A stretch of DNA of 17,643 nucleotides from Vitrella brassicaformis CCMP3155. Its lineage: Eukaryota; Protista; Chromerida. Both the position numbers and the translations under genes were made by a program. Shown one piece after another: positions 1-10,221 of the stretch. The stretch spans positions 1 through 17,643 of the forward strand of contig CDMY01000819.1 of assembly GCA_001179505.1 (NCBI GenBank), written 5' to 3'. Within the stretch, counting starts at the first letter, position 1; every line of letters starts with the position of its first letter. The notes beneath the pieces were generated by a model, which worked only from the letters and a program-made list of their open reading frames with translations, had not been told where the DNA came from and ran no database searches.

Positions 1-434
1 CACTGCACTGAGCCATGGCCAACATCGCACCAATCGCCAACATAACGAAGCGTGGATACAATGGGACCAACCATGATGACATATATGTATAGGCAGCGGC
101 ATGTCTGCGCGACAGGGAGGGGAGGGGAGGGGAGGGTGGCCGGGGAGGGAGACTGGCCGGTCACATCATGGCTGCACGAACGTGTGTTCGGCTGGATGAA
201 TGTCATCAAATGCCTCAGATGACCCTTCTGACCCTCCTGTGAGTCACCAATGGGCCCTTGTTGCCTCGCAAGTGAAGGAGCTGCTCTTCCGTTTACATAG
301 TGACTCAACCTCGCCAAGCAAACTCATCTTTCATCGCAAATCACCGTCGAATGGTCCATCTCAGAAGATGACAATCAAAATGTCTGTACTTCTTCGTTCA
401 TTCACTGTTTCAAAATGGCTGTGCATCGACCGAC

Positions 435-574
435 CTCGACGAAGGTGAGGATCCATCGTTGCACTTTCCCAGCCAAACCTGCAGAAGCAAACAGGCAGCG
501 CAGCCATCTGCCCTTACGTAGTCATGGTCTCGAGAACCGGCAGTTGCAGCGGCCCCCGCTGATGACGACGCCAT
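435..574 (-). CDS. Possible first exons of a further minus-strand gene (unknown product)
   Basis: ATG at 574 (MASSSAGAAATAGSRDHDY) followed by a strong donor TAC|GTAAGG at 517. There is a candidate 39-nt intron and a second exon at 478-435 (VWLGKCNDGSSPSS). I could not extend this into a convincing downstream frame. Confidence 0.25.
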
Positions 575-1009
575 CGATGACAGAATGATCAGAAAGATGA
601 GCCGGCGAAACACGAGAATACACTGGAATACGGCCTCACGTGGCGGCAGAGGGCGTGGCGGGGGGCGGTCGCACTTTGGCGGCGAAGGGGGGCTTCCGCT
701 CACCACACTCGACGAGCAGCGCCGAATGGCCAGCGCCGAATGGCCCACACGAAGCGCTTGTTGTAGGGAGCCCTTCACGATGGCAGATGGCTTGACCGGT
801 GTAGATAGTAGAGCGGGAGAGTGGGGGTGTAGATGGTGTTGCGACCTACTACCGACACAGATGGGCTTTGATTAGATGGCGGGGATGAATCGTTGTTGAC
901 CATACGGACACACATTACACATGACACATTGTCAAGACTTAACAAATGTAGCTGGCGATATGTGTCATGACAACAGGGTGTGTTCTCTTCCAGCGAGTTG
1001 ATATCCAGA

Positions 1010-4000
1010 TCACTCGGAATCTTCCTCTTCCTCTCCGTAGGATTGTTCTTGGTCCTCAACCTCCTCGTCTTCATTGTGCTGCTGTTCGTGCATCACCTCG
1101 CCACGTTCACCCCCGCTGTCGTCCTCTTCCTCAGAGCCGTCTTCCTCAGAACCTTGCTCAGACGCCTCATTCTCGTCTTCACCGTCAGCTTCGCCCCCCT
1201 CTGCTGCATTCTCACCATCATAGGTGGCTGCGGGCCCGCCCTCAATGCGACCAACCTGAAGCTCGTCGCCGTTGCCAAAATCGGGCGCCATCTCAGCAAC
1301 GGCGGAGGCCGCCTTGTGCTTTTCAGAGTGCTGCGCCAGGGTGATGGCACCCACCGGCGAGGCAGTCGGTGCGGCGACGGGTTGGGCAGTGGGTCGCAAT
1401 GCTCCAAGGGAGAGTGCAGACAAGTCGAATGGCGGTCTGACAGATGGGGGGGGAGATGGATAAGGTCTCGAGTGCTCGTCGTAGCCACCAAACGCCTTCA
1501 GCCGCTCAATCGTCTTGGCCTTGGCGGCGGTAAGGTCGGCGAGCCTTGACGAGAGGGAGTCAAAGTCCTTGACAGAACGTTGTGTGCTTTCTTGGTCCTG
1601 TGAAATCGGATAGATGCAGATACGTGAAAGATGCAGCTACGCGGGCAAAATGTGTGTGTACCGGTTGCTGCGCAAAGGTAGCTAAGTGATCAAGAGCCCT
1701 GCAGGGGTATGTGATTGCTTCGCATGCCATGTGCATCAATTGATGTGGGGGTGACTTACCTGTGGTATTCGATGCGCGTCGAGATGGATCGCAGAACGAA
1801 ATCAAGCACGACTGGCAACAATTCATGGACCTGGGCGCGATAGGACAAGAGGCAGGAGATCTCATGCACGTGTGAACCTCCGTCAGTCGTGCTTCGCCAT
1901 CTCCTGTCCACCTTTGCCTCTTCCACTTTGGCAATCTCCCTGGCCCGGTCTGCTGCTGCCGTCAACGCCGCTGTGCACACAGCCTGAACAACAGCCCTCA
2001 GACACACAACGGTTGCACGAGTTGACATACGCCAGATTGTGACAGAGAACTCACAGGCGTGTCGAGGTTGTCTGCGGGAAGGGCAAGGACTTCCACAGGA
2101 GAAGGTTCCACACCATTCATCCTCGCCTGGCCGCCATCCCCCTCTGCCTTCACCCAAGCTGCCTCCTCTCCTTTAACCGGCCCGTTGGCCCGTGAGTGGT
2201 CGCCCGCTGGCTCCTGCTTGACGCGAGCTTCATCCGCAGACTGGTCTATCTTTGCCGTACGCGACGCGTCATCCATGGCTATTTCCAAGGCGAGAGCGAG
2301 AGCTGCATCATCTTCCTGTTGCTCGCCACTGTTGCGGGTCCTGTCTTGTCCCGATGGCTCTGAAGGCTCCTGCTTGACCTTGACCAGCGGGGGACGGGGG
2401 GGTTCGGGTGCGGCCTGCTGTCGCTGCGTGTACTCGTGCACTTGCTCCAATACCTGATTGGTGCACAGAAAGAGTGCATTTATGATTGTCCGGGACAGTG
2501 GTGGTGTTTGGTTGACCTCGAGCTGAGCAGCCTTGGCTGCAAATGCGGCCACGATTGGATCCACATGTGTGGCCAACATGTCCAGCTGAGCGTCGAGAAA
2601 CAATGATGATTCCACACGTCTCGGGTGCAGCATGATTTGATGTATGTACCTGTGCCTGCAGAGGGTTGGACATGTGCGAAAGCGGCAGTAGGGTCGTCTC
2701 GCCTTGCATCAGACTCTCATATGCCCCCTGCATGCGCCCACTGCAGCACACGCAACAGACTCTCATACAGAGAGTATGTGCCGCTTCTTTTTGTTCCTCT
2801 CACATTCGCGGCCTAAAGTGTGATGTCGTCTGTGCGGACATCTCTTCGGCAGGCAGGGAGATGAAGTGCAGGAGACACTCCTCAGCCGCCCTCCCGTGGC
2901 CCACTTGGCTGGCTATCCTGTCCCAGTCCAAGGAATCGACATAGCTCTGATGTTGGGTTGCATCGAGGGGGACAGGCGGATGGCCGAGGGACTCCAAACC
3001 CGACTCGATAGCGCCTGCACGGGAGGGGCAATCAGGTAGGGAAATGTGTTGTACTCTGGGAGTGCATGCCTGCTATCCTGTACCGATGAGCACAGCTGTC
3101 TCTTCTTTCGTCCACCGCCATTCCTCACAGGCCACGGGCAGACAGACCTGAACGGGAAAAGGAGGGTGGGCTGGGAGAGCCCCTTGGTGCTCGTGTTGTC
3201 TTGTTACTTTCAGGAAGCTGGAGGACGACAGGTGTGCAGGATAACGCCCATTGGCGAAGCACTCGAGGCACCAAATACACCGATCCAAAACGGAAGCAGA
3301 CACAACTGAACCACACACATTCACACCCCGTTCATCCATCACTGAGTCGTGCCGCTCTTTTCTTCCCCATCGGTTCCTGCTGACCGTGTTCCGTCAGGTG
3401 CGGCCGCATGATGTAGTAGGCGTGACGGCAGACCTTGGCGCACGCCGTACATCTGTGTGGGCCCATTGGTGTCGGTGCATTCGGCCACCCACGAGTAGAT
3501 CGCAGGAGAGACACTTCCAGGTCATTGTGGCTTTCAGGCGACACGGCGCTACGAGTGGCGCGGGCAGACGGAGGGGTGCTCCTGCGGGGGCGAGGGTACA
3601 GAAGGGAGGGAGAGGAATACAGGCCTGGGTTTTCATCGCCATCCGTCAAAGGCGTCGCCACTCTGATGTCCTCCAGCCGGATGTGTTTGGGTTTGCCTCT
3701 GACAGCTCCCCAGAGGGGCGGTGGGCCGCTGTGGGGCTCAACCTACCAACAGGGACACATTGGCACCATGATTGGTTGACTTGGTGAGTGAGTCACATTC
3801 GTCCGTTGGTTGGTCACCGCGTAATTAATGAGGCCCCAGTATTCGAGCCAGAGGTGCAGCTGCATTACCAGACGAGCGTCGTACTCCCGCCCTGTGTGCG
3901 CCGTTGACAAGACAGACAGACACACTGGCCTCGTCTGCCAATTGTGGTGTGGCTCATTGTCTGTCTCACCGAGTATGTGCCACGCATCCTCACACGACAA

Positions 4001-6513
4001 GTACCTTGATGGGTCGCCCCTGAGGGACAGGCAGGCACACAAACAAACAACAGGTAGGTCAGAGCTGGCACCTGCCTGTGCAGTGGTTACCGATACACAT
4101 TGATGAGAGTGTCTCTGAGCTTTTTGTACGTGGCCTCCCGCGCCCGAACAGGCAGCAACCCACCTATCCACATCGACCCCAACACAGTCGTGGTACACAA
4201 TGCACGTAGTGTATTCGTGTATCACCCACCTCTCGAGCCAGCAAAAATGGTTGCCAATTGCTCCCTCTCCATCGGGCCCGTCCCACTGGGATCGAACCAG
4301 TGCGGGAGACCCTTGCGACCCATCTCCTCCCTGGCCTGGCTCATATCAGTGCTGTCATCACGCCGCCTGTCCACGTGAGTGGGGTCCGAGATGACAGACT
4401 GGAGGTATGTCGAGGTGTTGCGGCCCAAGAGGTCCGTTGCATTGATGAGTGTGAAGTTGCTGGTCGTGTGCAGGATTGAATGTGCACGACCATGGCTGCT
4501 GGCGAGCGGAAGCCTGAGATGCAGTCGTAACAGTATGAATCTCTGACTCAACCACTGTTCCTGCCTTGGTAACCCACCTGACGGCATCTGCGGCGATTGG
4601 TATCACCCTATTGTCGCTTTCCCTCTCATGCTCGGTCGACGGGGCGTCGTCCCTGTGCCTCTTGCCTGGGGGCTGGCGCACATTAACGAGCCTCTCCACT
4701 GCACTCCAGTTCTCGGGCGCCTGCTCGCTCACTGGCACGGCCTTGACCTCCATCATCTGTTTCTCCCGCCTCTTGGCCTGCTCCTGTTCGGCCTTCTGCT
4801 GCGCCGCCTCTGCCTCCTCCCGACGCAGCTGCTCCAGAAAGGGCACAACATAGCTGTCCCGCGCCTCAACGTCGTCATCGGACACCTCATCGTCGTTGCC
4901 CTTGAGTGCCGAGCGGGACAGAACCTTGCTGAGCGGCTTCTCAGCGATCCTCACGTGCGTCAGCTTGGCCACGCTGGGGCGACACATCAACTCGAAGCGC
5001 AACGGATGCTGCTGCGCCAACGCCCGCCGCTTGGACGGCACATCGCCACCCGTTGCCCGCGGGCTTGGGGCGTCCTTGGATCGCACACTCACGCGCTCAA
5101 GAACGTCGGTGTCCACCACTCCTCTGCTAGCCGCTGGCTTCTTGATCCGTCTGCTCGCCCGCACAGACTGGGCAGGGGGTGATGTAGGTCGCGCCTGGGA
5201 CGTTTCGCCTTGATCCCTGTCCTTCTCCTTCTTGCGTTTCTTGTCTCGGTGTCGCTCGCTGTCGTGGTCTTCTCGCCTCCTCTTTTTGTCCTTGTCCTTC
5301 TTTTTCTTGTCCTTCTTGCTCTCCCTACCATCAATCTGGTCCACCATGGCGGAATCCGCAACCCCCTCCGGCGCTTGAGCTGTCTGTCGCCTTTGCTGCT
5401 GCTCCTGTTGCTCCCCCTCGGGGAGTACGGGGATGGGTGGCTGAGTGAGGAGGGTCTGCAGAGGCAGCTGTTGCAGCTGAAGCAGCAGCCTGGGGTCGAT
5501 GACGTCGTCGTGCACCTCGTAGTCAAGCTCATTCATCCACTCGCCGAACTTGGCCAGGTGGTCCATCCAGAGGTGTCCCACCTTCCAGCGGCCGTCATCG
5601 GGGGGCGTCGGGGGGCTCTCCTCAATTGGCGCGTCAGCATCAGGGTGGGTCCACTGGTCGTACGAGTCAGGGTGGTACCACCAGTGCACGAATGCGTAGC
5701 CTTCCGGACCACCCGACTCGATGACGCGGTAGTAGATGCCGGTGCTCTCCTCTACTGACGCATCGTCACGAACCACTATGTGGGTGGCGTCCATGGGCGA
5801 GGCCACCGGGTTGCCGCCGTACTGCTGGAGAATCTCCGCATAGCGCGTCTGTGTGGCGCGGTCGATCGACTGGCTGTCGAAGTAGACGTGCGGCACCACC
5901 CATATCCGTGACTCCTGAAGAGCGAACCGCAGCTCATTCGTCAGCTGGTACGGGTAGCTGCCCGACAGGGCTGTCGCCGATGACAGATCGATGTGCGCGA
6001 CGAGCGGATACTTGGCCTGCTGGGATCGCCTGAAGCTGAAGAGGGCCTGGCAGATGGTGAACAGCCCACCGCTCTGAGATGGCCGGCAATCGCGGAAGAA
6101 GCGAGTCGGGATGTGCAAGCAAGAAGGCCTCGGACCAGAACCCTGAACGCGGCCGGACACACAGAGAGCTGACAGTGAGCAAGTCCTCTTCCTTCAGATG
6201 CGTCAGTTTTTTTCAGATGCGTCACTTTTGTCCCTGAGGCATGCACGCATATTCATGGTTGACCTGTGGCGTGACGGCGATGTCCTGAAAGGTGAGAAAC
6301 TGCCAAACGAAAAGGGCGATGCCCTGTGGTGAGCAGAGGGGGTCGTTGTGCACCCATGTGATGGTTTGCTTGAGGAAGGTACACAGCTCCGTGTACCGCG
6401 ACAGTAGGTGCCGATTGAGGGATGAGGGGAGGCCCGGCTGCTCGCTGTAGCGGGTTGGACGAGCTGACATCAGAGGAAGCTCACACCAAGCTCACACTCA
6501 CTTCCAGATCCAT
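1010..6513 (-). CDS. SMARCC: SWI/SNF (BAF/RSC) complex subunit SWI3/SMARCC-like, spliced, about 1,411 aa
   Basis: Hand-built model with GT-AG introns and phase-consistent exons (minus strand): 6513-6502 (tentative, MDLE), 6437-6264, 6142-4578, 4459-4230, 4163-4091, 4019-3970, 3891-3818, 3742-3385, 3305-3208, 3147-3084, 3014-2804, 2740-2650, 2585-2517, 2453-2055, 1983-1912, 1830-1760, 1698-1662, 1597-1010 (TGA). Motifs: IALFVWQFLTFQD, HIPTRFFRDC..GGLFTI, HWWYHPDSYDQW and EWMNELDYEV (SMARCC N-terminal module); LPHWF..EREQL, YKKLRDTLINVYR and LHLWLEYWGLINY (SWIRM); CTAC..CIWCLECFANGRYP..SSSSFL (ZZ); WTKEETAVLIGAIE..DWDRIASQVG..AEECLLHFISLP (SANT); SNPLQAQLDMLATHVDPIVAAFAAKAA and AALTAAADRAREIAKVEEAKVHELL (SWIRM-associated helices). 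The start could instead be the ATG at 6470. Confidence 0.93.
5513..6437 (-). other. SMARCC N-terminal MarR-like/BRCT/chromo module (protein domain region)
   Basis: The translation contains VPHVYFDSQSIDRATQTRYAEILQQYGGNPVASPMDATHIVV (BRCT-like), FVHWWYHPDSYDQW (5651-5686 core) and WKVGHLWMDHLAKFGEWMNELDYEV. These match, from recall, the human SMARCC segments LHWGYYPDSYDTW and FNEWMNEEDYEV. Confidence 0.85.
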
Positions 6514-7231
6514 AACAGCTCGCAGCCGGTCGGCAGATCTGCTGCGTCGGCAGATCTCCGATTGGGCGAGGGAGCTTTCACCAGCAGCGAGAGCCACCGT
6601 GATTGTTGTTGTGTCAATTTTTCTTCAGGGATCAAGCAAATCGGAAGAACATTGCTTCCGAAGAGCGGTTTTAATCCCTCTTGGAAGCTCCGCAGGTCCG
6701 ACGCATACACCCACCCACCCATGTGATTGGTCCTTTGATTTGCATGGCCATCGGACAATGTTTGATACATATTGACCCCTTCAGTGAATCGGGCGTCTGG
6801 TGTTTGTTTGGTGTCGATATGTGGCAGCCCATCTGTGTCGGTAGTCTTCTTTCGTGGGTCGCAACACCACTACACTCTCCCTCTATCTACTATCTACCGT
6901 GGCTGGCCTTTCTCTACTCGGATGGCGTCAAGCCATCTGCCATCGTGAAGGGCTCTCTACAGCAACCTCTGTGTGTGGCTCGTCGAGTGTGGTGAGCGGA
7001 CGCCCCCGTGAAGGGCGTCCCATCATGTTGATAGATTGGTTGGATAGGTTGTGCAGACATTACATTCAATCACTCATTGCGTTTTGACCTTATATCCGCT
7101 CATGAGTGGTTGAAAATGCAAAATACTGATGACGACAGTGCCATGCTGGAGGCATCAGGCACCTCCGCCCGTCGGTAGTTAATTGTACATGATCCAGCCC
7201 CTCGATCCAGCCCCGTCACATGTCTTGCCTC

Positions 7232-9444
7232 TCATATGTGTAGCCTGTCGCAGGTCGCACAAGGGTTTCGTTGTTCTTCTCCCTTCGCCGAAGTGTCGAC
7301 GAATGCACAACGGGAGAACAAGGGATGGTCCCGCACATTCGCCGCCGTACCTTAACCCGCAACACAGACGACATCCACTTGGCGGTTGTGCATCGTTTCT
7401 GTGCTTACCATCTTTGGTGGTCCTCTTGATGAACCCGACCTTCGCCTCATCAGTGAGACATTGCCGTGTCATTGCGCGGAGCACACTCCTCGCTGTTTCG
7501 CTTTTTGGTGCATTCCACAGTATCTTCTTGCTGTAGTAGTCCATCAGGCGCAGCTTTTTTGTGACGGCTCGGTGGTCCTTGTAGAGCTCATCCAGTATGG
7601 GCTTCAGCGCTGCGCGAGGGTCCTGCTCGAAAACAGAGCCCTCGATTGCATATGTGAAATTCCTGCGTAGGGCGGAACAGCGCCGACCCCCACAATACGG
7701 GTCGTGTGCTAACGTCACTGTCCTTTCTGCATACCTCCATGGGATTTCGCACTGGAAGGGGATGCCGTATTTGAAAGCGTCGTCAACTTCGTTGATCAGG
7801 ACATTCAGCGTCCGGGCCCAGAATCCATCCATCACTCTCGAGCTCGTCACATCGGTCCCACGAAAGCACAGATTCAGCTTAGAGTTGGCGAGACGGTGCA
7901 TAAAAGTCGATGTCTCAAGGAGCCAATCTTTGTGTTTTTTTCTCGCAATTTTGCATCGCTCAAACCTGCCGATCGGCATGTCACGTGACCGAGTGGTGTT
8001 CTCTTGACGTGGGCAGTCGGGAAGACTGAGTTTCGTCTTGTGCTTGTTGCCTGCCATAACAAACACACTCTTTGCTGGATTTGGGCCGTGCCAGCCTGCT
8101 AAATGTTCAAAAGCTAGATTTCGATAAGGTCGCCCAAAGTCTGTCCGACCTGAATAAGTGACAGACAAGAAGACGATGCAGCAACATAAACATTTTACAA
8201 ATGCATGCGTCTGTCCGGTTTCCACCTTGAAAGAACATCGTGTAGTCGCGTTGGAACCAGTCGTGTCTCGAGGGAGGGTCGAAAGCCGAGCCTAGTCTGT
8301 CATCCTCAAATACGTCCGTAGGCTTGATGAGCCCGCGTTTCAGCAGGCTTTCCTTCTCAAAAGGCTGGTAGGCTTTTTGCAGCGCTGTCAGAGATGACCT
8401 GGATGTATACAATGTGAGGTTATGCGTGCATGCATCAGGGACGATTCGCATACGTGTGGGGAATCGTGACAGCACATCCAAAGAGGTCTCTATCTGACAG
8501 AATACGAGATGTGCGTTGCAGCTGATGGCTGGTCATTTTTCTTTGTCTCCGTACGATTGTCTGCAAGGTGCCGCCCCTGTGTGATATTCCTCGCAAATGT
8601 CGAAAACGCTCTCCCAAATACCATTTCCATGCGACCAGGATACTTAAACTCAAAATCGGTCAGCTGCATTATGAGAAAGTCAATCCAGTAACACAAGCAT
8701 TGTTTTGCCATGAGCCATGGATGAGTACACACTCACCACAAGGATGTGGTCGAGCCCGCGGTTTCTCTCCCATTGTGGGGTCTCCATCACCTGAACAAAT
8801 GCTACGGCCATTCATATATGTTCATAGAATGTCTCACCTCCTTAACAGCCTTGTCTGCCAGTGCATGTATCTTCTTCCTATTCCCTTCCTTGCACGAACG
8901 ATGATACAGCAGAACTGGACCAAATACACGAAAGTCAAGCACTCAAGTGAAATGACTCACTTTCCCCCGTACTGTTCGTCGACACACCGGGATAGATTGG
9001 GAGGACATAGACGAGCGCTTTGTCAGGGTCAAACGTCCTCCATGTATCCTTCCATAATTGGTCCAGCCAGTATATCTCGTCAACGTTTTTTCTGTTGTCC
9101 AAGTCGAATCGGCCGGGCCAATGGCCGGTCAACATGTGTCTTGCGGCCTTTTGACACATGTCGTAAAGCTGCCTCATAGCCGGCGTTTGGTAGACGTAAA
9201 ACGGCACCTCAATGTCCCGCTCCACTGCCTCGAGATTAGCGAACTTGGCGTCTGCGCCCTGAAGAACATCTTTTCCCTCGCTTTTGATAGTGTCAGCCAT
9301 ATCGATGGCGACAGCATTTCCCCGCAAGACGGACTGGTGGAAGAATAAGGGAAGGGACCGGACCCTCTCACAAAGACACAAATTACCATATTGAAACAGC
9401 AACAACCTAACGAGCAATTCCAACATTGTTGGGCAAGAATACAT
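7232..9444 (-). CDS. Exostosin family (GT47-like) glycosyltransferase, spliced; 5' end uncertain
   Basis: Exons (minus strand): 9444?-8961, 8914-8838, 8790-8737, 8663-8555, 8493-8454, 8398-8226, 8149-7735, 7662-7409, 7350-7232 (TGA); all GT-AG and phase-consistent. Exostosin-type motifs occur in the correct order: WRTFDPDKALVYVLPIY, PQWERNRGLDHILV, AVTIPH, RDYTMFFQG, FMHRLANSKLNLCFRGTDVTSSRVMD, IPFQCEIPWRNFT, LRLMDYYSKKILW. The last intron and last exon are less certain. Confidence 0.8.
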
Positions 9445-10124
9445 GTATCTAAAGAATTCTTGCCATCAATTCGTCTCTGCCAGAAAGATCAATTTGCGCA
9501 AGATCAACATATCAATTTGTGATGGACCGAGAATCTCGGTCCACAAGCCACCACGGATCTCCCTTTCGCCCTTAGCGTGAATTTTCGGGGATTGGACTTT
9601 GAGGCGCCGGAAACGGGAATAGAGCAACCACGCCAAAACGTAGTGCGAGAATGTGTGTGCGTGTGGGCGGCGCCACTGGATTATACGCCAGGCGGGCGCT
9701 CAGGATGGTGCTGGCATGTTTGTCGCGTGATTGAAGGTTGGTCGATTGACGCAGTTTATTTCATGAGAGACCGACAGACTATGCCTGCTGGTGCGCCATG
9801 AGTTAACGTATGTCAAACGCTATTGAGATAGCTCTTACTCGATGCTCTACTGACGACACTTCTCGATGGGAGACACTCACGATTCAACGACAGGCACACG
9901 TCCATCTCCATTCTCCTCGATACGAGCCGAATATCCACGTGCACCATGACACTACAAGTAGGCTCGCCGCATCTCGGCGCCATCCTACTCTGCACCACCG
10001 CTCCCACCCGTCCCCTGGCCCTCTCCATCTTCCCCCCTTCCCCCCCTTCCTCACCACCAGGAAAAGCAGACGCCCCCAACGGCAAGGCGAGTCAGTGAGG
10101 TTCACCACCAGGACGAAACAACTG

Positions 10125-10221
10125 CAAAACTGGTATTCCAGCTCCAAAACCGTTTTCCGTCCCCAAAACTTGGGCCCCCAACGGAAAACCGGACCCGCTG
10201 CACAGAAAACCGGACCCGCTG
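10125..10221 (+). repeat. Degenerate ~20-bp tandem array with AAAAC core; the last two units share an exact 17-mer
   Basis: AAAAC at 10126, 10146, 10165, 10185 and 10206. GAAAACCGGACCCGCTG is exact at 10184-10200 and 10205-10221. Confidence 0.75.

Noticed and set aside
980-1549. 189-aa hydrophobic + strand ORF resembling a multi-pass membrane protein
   Set aside because: It is the antisense of the Glu/Asp-rich last SMARCC exon; GAG/GAA/GAC codons read as CTC/TTC/GTC (Leu/Phe/Val) on the other strand.
4358-4577. C-terminal part of the 600-aa ORF (RWVTKAGTVV...GQAA)
   Set aside because: Read-through past the donor at 4577; the SWIRM domain continues in another frame from 4459.
4628-5758. Long + strand ORFs 4628-5182 and 5210-5758 (Leu/Val-rich)
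   Set aside because: Shadow ORFs of the Lys/Glu/Gln-rich SMARCC exon 6142-4578; no independent motifs.
6998-7020. GC-rich hairpin GGACGCCC-N7-GGGCGTCC as a terminator or ncRNA
   Set aside because: An 8-bp stem is expected by chance in GC-rich DNA; there is no U-tract, and rho-independent terminators do not apply to a nuclear genome.
10125-10221. Possible CRISPR-like repeat-spacer array
   Set aside because: Units are only about 20 nt with a 5-nt conserved core, there are no distinct spacers and no cas genes, and the context is eukaryotic.
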